A DNA stretch of 62,928 nucleotides, counting the filler, from Octopus bimaculoides (lineage: Eukaryota), in NCBI RefSeq assembly GCF_001194135.2. It is 5 parts of 4 records of this genome, joined end to end, with 100 filler letters (N's around TTAATTAATTAA, not from the genome) between each part and the next. Parts side by side here need not be neighbours in the genome. Positions count along the whole stretch, not along the records: positions 1 to 17,616 come from NC_069002.1; positions 17,717 to 34,828 come from NC_068991.1; 3 more parts are not named here. One strand, 5' to 3'. How positions within the stretch are numbered: the first letter of the stretch is position 1; every line of letters begins with the position of its first letter. Under the pieces are notes generated by a model. It ran no database searches. It worked only from the letters and a program-made list of their open reading frames with translations, and had not been told where the DNA came from. This document shows, piece after piece, positions 12,697-23,778 of this stretch. The translations under genes were made by a program, and so were the position numbers.

Positions 12697-12769
12697 AGCA
12701 AAGCCAGCATCCAGAGATTAGTTTCAGAGTCATTGCCCTTCATCAGTCTGGAGTAGTTTGGCTTGCTAG
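12697..12769 (-). ncRNA. Second hammerhead motif, variant copy
   Basis: Minus: tccaga-CTGATGA-aggg(caatga)ctct-GAAA-ctaa-TC-tctgga; G-U pair in stem II and a C:A mismatch in stem III. Confidence 0.55.
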
Positions 12770-12864
12770 CTGTCGATGCTTATTTGCCTTTGAAGATCAG
12801 TAAATCAGCGAATTTATTTCACTTGAAATTCTATAAGTTTTCAAAGGCAAATAAGCATTGATAA

Positions 12865-12938
12865 CTAGCAAAACAAGCTACTCCAGACTGATGAAGAGCA
12901 ATGACTCTGAAACTAGTCTCTGGATGCTAGCTTTGCTG
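12865..12938 (+). ncRNA. Type I hammerhead ribozyme motif (minimal, palindromic stem III)
   Basis: tccaga-CTGATGA-agag(caatga)ctct-GAAA-c(ta)g-TC-tctgga; predicted cut after C12918; stem I extends via agcta/tagct and gcaaa/tttgc. Confidence 0.75.
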
Positions 12939-13119
12939 GGTGGAGGTGCTTATCTCCCCTGTTTGAAAACTTAAGGACAGAGAACGCTTGTGCCACATAG
13001 CCAACTGCAAACGATGTTTCCTGGGGCTAAATAGAAGTAGCATTCTTTCCTTTCCTGGGACTGCCACATTAAGTTGGCAACAAACNNNNNNNNNNGTGTG
13101 TGTGTGTGTGTGTGTATAT

Positions 13120-13155
<36 letters not shown>

Positions 13156-13411
13156 GTGTGTGTGTATAAACACATACCTATATATATATACATACACTTA
13201 TATATACAGGTATATGTGTATATATATGTATGTATGTATATTGTATTGTTTTTAATATGATAGAAATATATATTTTCATGGTTATCAAGACTATATAAAT
13301 AAGCACAAACGCATAACAAAAGATGTCAAAAAATAATAAACGGAAAAAATCATACATATATATATATATATACATACATATATATATATATATATATACA
13401 TACATACATAC

Positions 13412-15506
13412 TGTGATGTCAGCGGTGCGAAAGCATAGAAGAACCTAGTTTCAATGTGGCTAGACTACAAGAAAGCTTTTGACTCTGTTCCCCACTCATG
13501 GATGCTAGAAGCCCTTCAACTTGCTAAAGTTCCAGTGAGAATAGTCAAAGCCATAGCTGACCTGACTTGATCGTTGGCCACCATCTTGAAATTAAACACA
13601 AAGAGTGGCTGAATTATCACCGATAGAATACAATATCGCAAAGGCATATTCCAAGGGGACAGCCTCTCTGTGACGTTGTTCATACTTTCTGTAAACCCCT
13701 TGTCATTGATGTTGATGAGGTCTGAATGATATCTCACTGGTTCACAAGGAAAGAGAAATACCAAAATTACACACTGTTTCTTTGTGGATGACTTCAAAAT
13801 TTATGCAAAGAATATGCACGAGATGAAAAAGAGCCTTGACCTAGTTACAACATTCTCAAAGGATGTAGGATTGGAGTTTGATCAGGATAAATGTTGTTAT
13901 ATGGTTGTGAAAGGGAAGAAAACTATTATCCAGACTAGTAACATCTCTATCAATGATTTGACTGTTTCCCTTGTATCTGACGAGGAATGTTACAGGTATC
14001 TAGGGGTGGATGAAAATATATCTTACAATGGCACCTGTAACAAAAGATGTGTCACTAAAGAATATTACAGATGAATAAAGAAAATTTGGACCTCAGAGCT
14101 CACTGCATTCAATAAAACAATAGCCCACAATGCGTTTGCAGTGCCAGTACTCATACCAACATTTGGGCTGCTTGATTGGACATTTGATGCGATCCGAGCC
14201 ATTGATGTGAAAACCCGAAAAATATACATGATTTCCACATAAACAGTGACGTAGACGTCCTGTACCTAAAGCGAAAACAAGGCGGCAGAGGCTTAACATC
14301 GATCCAAAATGCCTTTGAATGTCGCATTATATCCTTTCGGCAACATTTTTAACACCCAGTGTCGAAATGCATCCCTTGACCAAGTTTGCATACATAAGAC
14401 TTGGAAGGCAGCTCTTTGAGCATCATTCTTTGTCTCATAACCTAAAATACATGCCCAGAGTAGTCGCACGAATCTACCGCAACGTATGATCAGATGAAAG
14501 AATGAGTTTATATGAGCAGAAGACTACGCATGGATATGCTAGTAGAAAGCTCCATGATGATAGTAACATCGATCATCAAAGCAGTTTATAATGGACCAGT
14601 AGCCGGATTACTACTTCCCACTTTGAAGGGTGTGTGTTTGCAGTCCAGGAACAGGAAATATCAACCAAGTACTTAATGCACAAAAGGAATAGAGATGCAG
14701 GAAAAGCAGTAAAATGTATCAACCGATGCAGACTTTGTGGAGTTCACACTGAAGATATCCTCGACATCATAAGCAGTTGTCCGAAAATGTCATCACGGTA
14801 TTATCTACCGATGAGACATGATGTTGTAGCTAGGGCACTCTATAATGAAATCCGTCGGAAGGATAATCCCGAGGACAAAGAAATAAGAACTCACAATATG
14901 GTAGAAGCCATCGCCACTCATAATGAAAAGGAATACTGGTTAAATGTCCCAGTGAAGACCTCAATAAAATGTAAGCACAACAGACCTGATATAATTATTT
15001 GGGAGAGATAACAAAAACTATGCACAGTTGTGGAAATTAACTGAAGATCAGTGAAAAAGCGAACACCTACACTGAACTATTGAGAAGTCTGAAGTTACTC
15101 TATCCAGATTACAAGTTCAGGTTCATACCTGTAATTACTGGGGCCCTGTGCTATGTAACACACTGCCTAAATACAAATCTTAGGGTTAGGGTTAGGGTTA
15201 GGGTTAGGCTTCCTAAAACTAGAAAGGGGAAAACTAATTCGAAGACTACAGATCCAATCCATCACTGGAACTGTAAAAATCTATAAAACTTTCCAGAAGT
15301 TTATCATTTAAATATATATGCGCATGTCTAGTTATGCAACTATATGCATGAGAGTACATACAAATCAGCACATATATATACATACATACAAACAAAAATA
15401 CCTTGTTGTTGTTGTTGTTGAAATTTCAATGGAGGAGCCTTGAATCTGGGTTAGAAACCGGTTTCTTTCTCTATTGACTAGAAATCTTGAAATAAACTGA
15501 ATAATG
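13412..15506 (+). mobile_element. R4/Dong-like RLE retrotransposon, 5'-truncated, distinct lineage, flanked by (ACAT)n
   Basis: WLDYKKAFDSVPH, GIFQGDSLS, FVDDFKIYA, YRYLGV, KQGGRGL, CRLCG..ISSC..RHD, RPDIIIW, end LQIQSITGTVKIYKTFQKFII*; several stops. Confidence 0.9.
15180..15208 (+). repeat. Interstitial telomeric repeat (TTAGGG)4TTAGG
   Basis: Directly visible inside the RLE coding region. Confidence 0.9.
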
Positions 15507-15522
15507 ACATACATACATACAT

Positions 15523-17190
15523 CATTCACCCACTGCCGTCGGTGAATTTATTCGCAAGCTCAACTTTTAGTCACTCACGAGCAGTTCTATGTTTGATCAC
15601 CAATTCCGAAAGAAATCGAATGCAGTTTATTTAGCAATAATGGTCCGGTCGTAAGCTACATTTGGAAGATAACTTAGTTGAAATTTGATTCATTAGAAAA
15701 AAAATGAGGTCAAAATATATGAGGTCAAGAATGGGAGAGTAAGGATAGAAATTGACTTCGAAGCAAAATATACTATTTTAAAAATAAAGTATAGATTAAT
15801 TGGATTTCTAAGAATGTGTCCGTTGAGAAGAATCTTTTGCTGAAAATCTCTAAAAAATACTTCCAACAAAAAGTATTGTGGCTTTAATGTGACGAAAACA
15901 TGGTAACTCCAACAATTTATTTTGATGCGAAATATCTTAGCCTTTGTAAAAGAAAACTCTGCAATGGTTATGTTCAAATGAAAGAGCTCAGTGAGAGGAA
16001 TCTTATAGGGAAACCTCATCAAAAAGTATTCAACACAAATTAGTGGTGTGACTTTAAATGATGAAAAAACAGAATACCGTTTGAACAAATCAAAATATTT
16101 TTGTCATTTTAAGATAGGCGGTGTCAAAGGTCACTTAGTTTAATGGTACAGAGGGCAGAATAGCTATGAAAACACTTTAGAAGATCGAGTAAGTACCCTT
16201 AGAAAATGAGTATTTTTGATTTCTCTGGAGAATTTTGGTCATAAATGGGTGCTTAATCTACCCAAATTTTCATCGTATTTTTAGTATTACTAGAACGAAA
16301 AATATAAAGGTAAATATAATTAATTATAATACTAGAAGTGTTGCCTAGAAAAAGGTGGACGGAAATGAAAAATGTAGGCGCAAAGAGCTAGGATATTCTT
16401 AAGTATTGAACCTGGAAATGCACAAGGCAAGCGGTAATGAAATCTGAAAAGTTACAGAGGAAAAAAAACTTAAAATATTGCTGCTGAAGTTAGAATTTAA
16501 AAACTTAAACGGTAATAAAAGCACTCTTATGTTTATTTTTATGTAAAAGTTTATATTAGAATAATCAAGAAGATATTTATTTTCAGTTTTAGTGAAAAAA
16601 CTAATTGCCACTAAGTGTGCACGTTAAAAATTTGGTATTACAAATTTAATGCTTTTTATTTTTAAAAAATCACATAATAGCAATTGAAGCAAAATTGACA
16701 ATGTAATATAACTCCTAAGTTTTTATTTTAAAATAAAAGCTAGATAGTCATTTCTACATTTTACACTCAATTCGTTCATTAACTGCCATTTTTAAAAATA
16801 TTCTTCTGATTGTAAATAGAAAATAATTTGTTATATGATAATTCATACTTTAAAGAAACTAATTCTTTTGTTTCTTTAAAAAACATTTTCTTACTATTTT
16901 TACCCTTATTTTTTAAATACATATATTCTACATGAGTTTAATTTTAACACAATACCTGTGACTTAAAATTTTTTGAATAGTGAGTTTTATTTAAAAAAAT
17001 AAATTTAAAAAATAATATAATACTAAAAAATGTTCTAACCTAATTCAAAGAAATTTTGAAATCACAAATATTAGCCTAATTTTTTTTAATTTGCAATAAA
17101 AAGCAAAACAATATAATATTACAAAATTGCACAAACTATAATGAACAATTTGAGGAATTTATTTAACAAATTCTAAGTTCAGCCTCAATA
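15523..17190. other. Unclassified AT-rich segment, possibly a DNA transposon relic
   Basis: Non-microsatellite block with short disrupted reading frames near 15750-16100; no TIR pair found. Confidence 0.2.
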
Positions 17191-17445
17191 GACTAAGTTT
17201 TAGTTTCTTCTTCTGTATTTTTCTGGTGAATACAGTAAGGGCTGTAAGACGTGACGTGGGCATCAAGATAACCAAGTTCCTCCCAAATACTTAAGAATGT
17301 TCTAGCACTTTGCGCCCGCATTTTGCATTCTAGTACATGTATGTGTGTGTGTGTGTATCCGTGTGTGTGTGTATGTATCCATGTGTGTGTGTGTTTGCGG
17401 GGACGCGGGAGTGACTGTGTGTGGAGCAGGAGTGATGCAGGAGTG

Positions 17446-17616
17446 GTGCAGGAATGGCTGTGTGGTAAGAAGCTGGCTTCCCAACTACATGGTTCCGGGT
17501 TCAGTCCCACTGCATGATACCTTGGACAAGTGTCTTCTATAATAAAAAGCCTTGTGAGGATTTGATAGACGGAAACTGAAAGAAGCTCATTGTGTGTGTG
17601 TGTGTGTGTGTGTGTG
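17446..17616 (+). mobile_element. SINE family 2, 5' half plus (TG)n running into a gap
   Basis: ggctgtgtggtaag..ggttcagtcccactg..gacggaaactgaaagaagc. Confidence 0.85.
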
Positions 17617-17716
17617 NNNNNNNNNNNNNNNNNNNNNNNNNNNNNNNNNNNNNNNNNNNNTTAATTAATTAANNNNNNNNNNNNNNNNNNNNNNNNNNNN
17701 NNNNNNNNNNNNNNNN
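17617..17716. other. Artificial 100-bp assembly gap spacer N44-TTAATTAATTAA-N44
   Basis: The same 12-mer is centred in N runs at 17661, 34873, 43947 and 58947. Confidence 0.9.
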
Positions 17717-18230
17717 GAATTCACCATATATGAAGTGTCACTGCGAAAACATGGTTCTGCATTTCACCATTATATAAGAGAAAACTGGGAAAGATACCTG
17801 GATGACTGTTTTATCATTTGGAAGGAGACCATTGATAAAGTTTTGGAATTCAAATCAACACCAAATGATATAAACCATAACATTCAATTCACAATGGATT
17901 ATAACAAAGAACAGCTCCCATTTTTGGATATTATGATTTAAAAAATTGAACAACCAAAACAACATCCAGAAAACACATAAATTCATCAAATGCAAAAAGC
18001 AACACGAATCGCTAAAGAGATTTGTACCAAACTCGAAATTTTACACAACAACCACGAAACCAACGGTTAAAAAATGTGGATGCCCAAACTTGAAGGCTCG
18101 GATTTCCTTTTCAAACAGGGAGAGAGGTTCACAATTAAAACCAACTTCCCTTGTGCCTCTGAGAATCTAATTTATGTAATAACCTGCTCGAGTTGTGGAA
18201 ATCACTATATACGACAGACGAAAGTGCGGC
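17717..18230 (+). mobile_element. Penelope-like element fragment (RT end and GIY-YIG endonuclease), internally deleted
   Basis: WERYLDDCFIIW..IQFTM..LPFLDIMI, then KKCGCPN..CASENLIYVITCSSCGNHYIRQT. Confidence 0.85.
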
Positions 18231-18689
18231 CTTTACACTTGGCTAAGATCTTCCACTGGATGTTGTAACTGACAACTTTGCGGATTATATATATATATAA
18301 TCCGCATATATATACATATATATATATATAATCCACACAGACACACACCCATACCTTAGCAGTGAAGGCTGATTTTAAGAAGTCTCAAATATGCATGTTC
18401 AAAATAAGAGTGAAGCATACATTTATTTTAACATGTATACATGCGCAAACACACACTCACATACACACACATACACGTGCGCGCCTGTACACACAAAAAC
18501 ATTAAATTATACATACATGTACGTATCTGCGTGCGTGCGTGCATGCGTGTGCTCGCGTGTGTGTATCTTTGTGCACCCATTAAGACGCCCAATTACAGGG
18601 ATATTGTCGTCTCATCTAGTCTTTATCTTATTATTGCAGGTTTTCTAGGAACAAGACACCCATAATCTCTCTTTCCCCATCACCTGTCT

Positions 18690-18722
18690 CTCTCTCTCTA
18701 TTTGACACACACACACACTCAG

Positions 18723-18776
<54 letters not shown>

Positions 18777-19526
18777 NNNNNNNNNNNNNNNNNNNNNNNN
18801 NNNNNNNNNNNNNNNNNNNNNNNNNNNNNNNNNNNNNNNNNNNNNNNNNNNNNNNNNNNNNNNNNNNNNNNNNNNNNNNNNNNNNNNNNNNNNNNNNNNN
18901 NNNNNNNNNNNNNNNNNNNNNNNNNNNNNNNNNNNNNNNNNNNNNNNNNNNNNNNNNNNNNNNNNNNNNNNNNNNNNNNNNNNNNNNNNNNNNNNNNNNN
19001 NNNNNNNNNNNNNNNNNNNNNNNNNNNNNNNNNNNNNNNNNNNNNNNNNNNNNNNNNNNNNNNNNNNNNNNNNNNNNNNNNNNNNNNNNNNNNNNNNNNN
19101 NNNNNNNNNNNNNNNNNNNNNNNNNNNNNNNNNNNNNNNNNNNNNNNNNNNNNNNNNNNNNNNNNNNNNNNNNNNNNNNNNNNNNNNNNNNNNNNNNNNN
19201 NNNNNNNNNNNNNNNNNNNNNNNNNNNNNNNNNNNNNNNNNNNNNNNNNNNNNNNNNNNNNNNNNNNNNNNNNNNNNNNNNNNNNNNNNNNNNNNNNNNN
19301 NNNNNNNNNNNNNNNNNNNNNNNNNNNNNNNNNNNNNNNNNNNNNNNNNNNNNNNNNGTTTCTCTCTCTCTCTGCTTCTCTCTCTCTCTGTTTCTCTCTC
19401 TCCATCTCTTTCTCTCTCTCTCTCTCTCTCTCTGTTTCTCTCTCTCCGTCTTCCGCTCTGTGTTTCTCTCAGTCTCTCCATCTCCCACTTTCTCTACCTC
19501 CCACTCCCTGTCTGTCTGTCTGTCTG

Positions 19527-19571
<45 letters not shown>

Positions 19572-20230
19572 TTCTCTCTCTCCGTCTTCCTTTCTGTGTG
19601 TCTCTCAATCTCTTCAGCTCTCACTTTCTCTACCTCCCACTCCCTGTGACTCTCTCTGTTTCTCTCTCTATTTCTCTCTCTCCGTCTTCCTCTCTGTGTG
19701 TCTCTCAATCTCTCCAACTCCCACTTTCTCTACCTCCCACTCCCTGTGTCTCTCTCTATCCCTCTCTCTTTACTCCTCTCCTTGTGTTTCTCTGTGTCTC
19801 CTTCCCCTCTCTCTGCCTCCTCACTTTGTCACTCTTGTCTATCTCCCCTTCTCTATCGCCCTCTCTCTGTGTCACCCTACTTCTCTCTGCCTCCCACTGT
19901 CACTGCTTCGTTATCTCTCTGATTTCTCTCTTTCTATCTGCCTCCCACATGCTATGCCTCATTCTCTCTCTGTCTTCCTTTCCCTCTCTCTCTCATAGCT
20001 CTCTCTCTCTCTCTGACTCCATATCTCTCTCTCTCTGACTCCATATCTCTCTCTCTCTGACTCCATATCTCTCTGTATCCCTCTTCCTCTCTCTCTGACT
20101 CCATATCTCTCTGTATCCCTCTTCCTCTCTCTCTGACTCCATATCTCTCTCTGTCACCCTGTTCTTTCACTCTCTCTGACTCCATATCTCTCTGTCACTC
20201 TCTTCTTCCTCTCTCTCTATCTCTCTGTCC
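18690..20230. repeat. (CA)n and CT-rich low-complexity region with ~120-bp and TGACTCCATA(TC)n tandem units
   Basis: Three ctcccactttctctacctcccactccctgt-type units and six TGACTCCATA cores. Confidence 0.85.
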
Positions 20231-20559
20231 CTCCATCATGTATTATTGCACCCTCATTTCATCCCCTGCCACCCTACGTACCCTTACACAATATTTCTCT
20301 CTTCTCCCCTTCACCTTTTCCACCCCTACCCCTCACACACCCTTACGTATCCTACTGTCATCCCCTACCGCCCCATTTCTCATCATAATCTCTGGTGCAC
20401 TCGCAGACCCACCCACAACTCCACCACCCTTATCACACTACCACCACCACAACTACCTACCAGTTCTCATAATAATCCTTCCTGTTTCGAGACTGTACCC
20501 TCCTCCTACTTACACTTGTACCCGTCTACCTTTTCTTCTCTCACCCTTACCAATATCAA

Positions 20560-20684
20560 CGCCGCCACCGCTACCACCACCACCACCACCACCACCACTA
20601 CTTCTACCACCACCACTACTGCTACTACCATCACCAGCAGCAGCACCACCACCACCACCACTGCCACTACCACCATCACTATCA
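20560..20684. repeat. (CAC)n/(CTA)n imperfect repeat
   Basis: Directly visible. Confidence 0.9.
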
Positions 20685-22134
20685 NNNNNNNNNNNNNNNN
20701 NNNNNNNNNNNNNNNNNNNNNNNNNNNNNNNNNNNNNNNNNNNNNNNNNNNNNNNNNNNNNNNNNNNNNNNNNNNNNNNNNNNNNNNNNNNNNNNNNNNN
20801 NNNNNNNNNNNNNNNNNNNNNNNNNNNNNNNNNNNNNNNNNNNNNNNNNNNNNNNNNNNNNNNNNNNNNNNNNNNNNNNNNNNNNNNNNNNNNNNNNNNN
20901 NNNNNNNNNNNNNNNNNNNNNNNNNNNNNNNNNNNNNNNNNNNNNNNNNNNNNNNNNNNNNNNNNNNNNNNNNNNNNNNNNNNNNNNNNNNNNNNNNNNN
21001 NNNNNNNNNNNNNNNNNNNNNNNNNNNNNNNNNNNNNNNNNNNNNNNNNNNNNNNNNNNNNNNNNNNNNNNNNNNNNNNNNNNNNNNNNNNNNNNNNNNN
21101 NNNNNNNNNNNNNNNNNNNNNNNNNNNNNNNNNNNNNNNNNNNNNNNNNNNNNNNNNNNNNNNNNNNNNNNNNNNNNNNNNNNNNNNNNNNNNNNNNNNN
21201 NNNNNNNNNNNNNNNNNNNNNNNNNNNNNNNNNNNNNNNNNNNNNNNNNNNNNNNNNNNNNNNNNNNNNNNNNNNNNNNNNNNNNNNNNNNNNNNNNNNN
21301 NNNNNNNNNNNNNNNNNNNNNNNNNNNNNNNNNNNNNNNNNNNNNNNNNNNNNNNNNNNNNNNNNNNNNNNNNNNNNNNNNNNNNNNNNNNCCACCACGC
21401 TAATCAAAAATAAAGATAAAAGGAAAAAACAAAATGAAACAAAATCAATTCAAAACAAAACAAGGTGGAAAAAAAGAAGAACAAAACACAAAACAAAAGA
21501 AAAAAAAGACAACTTTGTAAAAGACATCGCGTTGCTAGAAATCAGTTTAAGACGTGAGTGTAAAGACATGAAAGATTTGCATCTGTGCTGCAGAATAATT
21601 AAAGAATTGACGACGGCTTCTATTGGAACTGGTGTTGTCATTTAGAATCTTTGGGGAATAACTAAAGAACTCTGTTGCTTTTTTTACAGACTTTTAAGTA
21701 ACTTCTTTTTTTTCAATATCGCTGCCAATATTGTAATTGTTGTGACTTTTATTTCGATGTTTTGTTATTGTTTTCTTATTTATGTGTGTGTGTATATGTG
21801 TGTGTGTATGTCTTTAGCAGTTTTTTTATTTGTGTTGAATGTGATGTTGTTTGTTGTTTTTGTTGTTGTTAGTGTTGTTGGTCATCTTGGTATTGTTGAT
21901 GTTCATTCTGTTGGTGTTGTAGTCGTTGTTGCAGTTACCATCGTTGTGGTTGGTATAGTTGCTGTTGTCGATGTTGTTGGTGTAGTTGTTGCTGTTGGTA
22001 GTACTAATGTAGTTGTTATTAATATTGCAGTTGTTGATGTTGCTGCTGCTGCTCTTGTTGTTGTTATTGTTGTTGCTGTTGTTGTTGAAGTGCTTCCAGT
22101 TATTTTTACTGTTAATCTGAAGATTGTTATTTAT

Positions 22135-22343
22135 TTCTTTATTAACATAGAGGCGACAAACAAGGACAGACAAAGGGATTAGATCGATTATATCGATCCC
22201 AGTGCGTAACTGGTACTTAATTTATCGACCCCGAAAGGATGAAAGGCAAAGTCGACCTCGGCGGAATTTGAACTCAGAACGCAGTGGCAGACGAAATACC
22301 GCTAAGTATTTCGCCCGACGTGCTGACGTTTCTGCCAGCTCAC
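22135..22343 (-). mobile_element. SINE family 1, near consensus
   Basis: atcgaccccgaaaggatgaaaggcaaagtcgacctcggcggaatttgaactcagaacg. Confidence 0.9.
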
Positions 22344-22392
22344 NNNNNNNNNNGCCCTCTGAAGATTGTTATTGTTGCCAAGGTAGTTGTTG

Positions 22393-22449
<57 letters not shown>

Positions 22450-22919
22450 TCACGCGCGCACACACACGCATTATAATCCCAAAGTTAAGGAACGGAGCAG
22501 ATAAAATCTTTAACTACTAGATTTTTATTCGCATACTCGGCAATCTTGGCTTCCAACCATGAAATGTAGAATATTTTTTTCAGCTTCAGTATGGGATAAA
22601 TTCACAATCTTCCGTTCCAATAAACCACTATTGTTCCTAAAAGTGGTTTCTTTATATTTTCTACAGATTCCTTGAAGCTCTCTTTCTTCCTACACCTTGA
22701 TCCTTGGATTTTACATACCCCTTCTCTCTCTCGCTCTTTCTCTAGTTACGCTCTGTAAAACGTGAGGAATGATTCTTTTACATTCCACGAGGTCGAGCTT
22801 GTGAAGATTTCGAGCTCATGTCAGGTGCTAAAGCTCAATTTCGCTCTGTGTTTGATCCACAAATACAATTATAGAATGTGTGCTGCACTGTGACCACACA
22901 TGTTCACCGTGCCACACCA

Positions 22920-23200
22920 CTAGAAACTACAAAAACCAACACCCTTAAAAATGGTTCTCATACTACCTGCTACTTTTGTGGTAGAACCAGAGAAACAATT
23001 GACACTTCCATCTTTGGCTGCTCTGCGTTGGACTCAAATGAATATACAAATCGTCATGATAGACTTGATCAGTATTCCTACTGGGTCATACGCTGTCAGT
23101 TCGAACTCCCATATGAGAAGAACTGGGGGAAATATAAGCACAACAAAATAGAAGAAAATAAAGACACCACCGTTCTTTTTAGAAATTGTATTCTGATTGA
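22920..23200 (+). mobile_element. R4-like retrotransposon fragment (CCHC zinc knuckle to RLE linker)
   Basis: CYFCGRTRETIDTSIFGCSAL..EYTNRHDRLDQY..W. Confidence 0.75.
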
Positions 23201-23669
23201 GCTATCCAGTCCAGTAGGCCAGAAAGTGTGGTAAAAAAACCTCACATAGACAAAATATGCTTGTTTATACGTCAATCCCAATAGAGTGCAATACCCAAGG
23301 GAAAACATTTGAAAAATTAAGAAAAATCAAAAACTTCGAAATAAAGGTCCCAAAAATTGTCATCTAAGAACGACTATTGTACATCGGAACAGTTGTATAT
23401 CGGAACGACGATTGTCATCGGAACTTTGTGGTTGATACGATATCGCAATCTTAAACACTTAGGTAAATAGCAGAAACCCAAAAGTATCAGAACTACAAAA
23501 AAATTTTCTCGCCGGTACTGCTCTAATCTTAAGAAAAATAGTCAACTTGAGAAGAGCTGAATGTTTCAACCTCATTCAAAACAGCAAATATTAAAATCTT
23601 AATTCTCAGTATTTGGTGTCCATTGTCTATGATATAGCCTTACTTGTTATCAATAATACCAACAGTAAA

Positions 23670-23778
23670 ACACACAAGGCTTTGGTCAGCCCGAGGCTAT
23701 AGTAGAAGACACTTGCCCAAGGTGCCACGCATTAGGACTGAACCCGGAACCATGTGGTTCGTAAGCAACCCACTAACA
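23670..23778 (-). mobile_element. SINE family 2, 5' fragment
   Basis: aaggctttggtcagcccgaggctatagtagaagacacttgcccaaggtgccacgc. Confidence 0.85.

Larger units (their letters stand above)
12550..13085. repeat. Foldback element with ~245-bp inverted arms and a 45-bp spacer
   Basis: 12550-12794 is the reverse complement of 12840-13084 with scattered substitutions; the right end runs into a 10-N gap. Confidence 0.92.

Noticed and set aside
15425-15470. GAAACCGGTT palindrome in the LINE 3' UTR resembling hammerhead stem III
   Set aside because: No CUGANGA box upstream
17661-17672. TTAATTAATTAA islands inside N runs (also 34873, 43947, 58947)
   Set aside because: Identical 12-mer with stops in all six frames, centred in N runs (a 100-bp gap where counted, 17617-17716); an artificial scaffolding spacer, not biology
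23370-23430. Three ATCGGAAC repeats, considered as a CRISPR-like or binding-site array
   Set aside because: Too short and irregular; eukaryotic context; most likely local duplication
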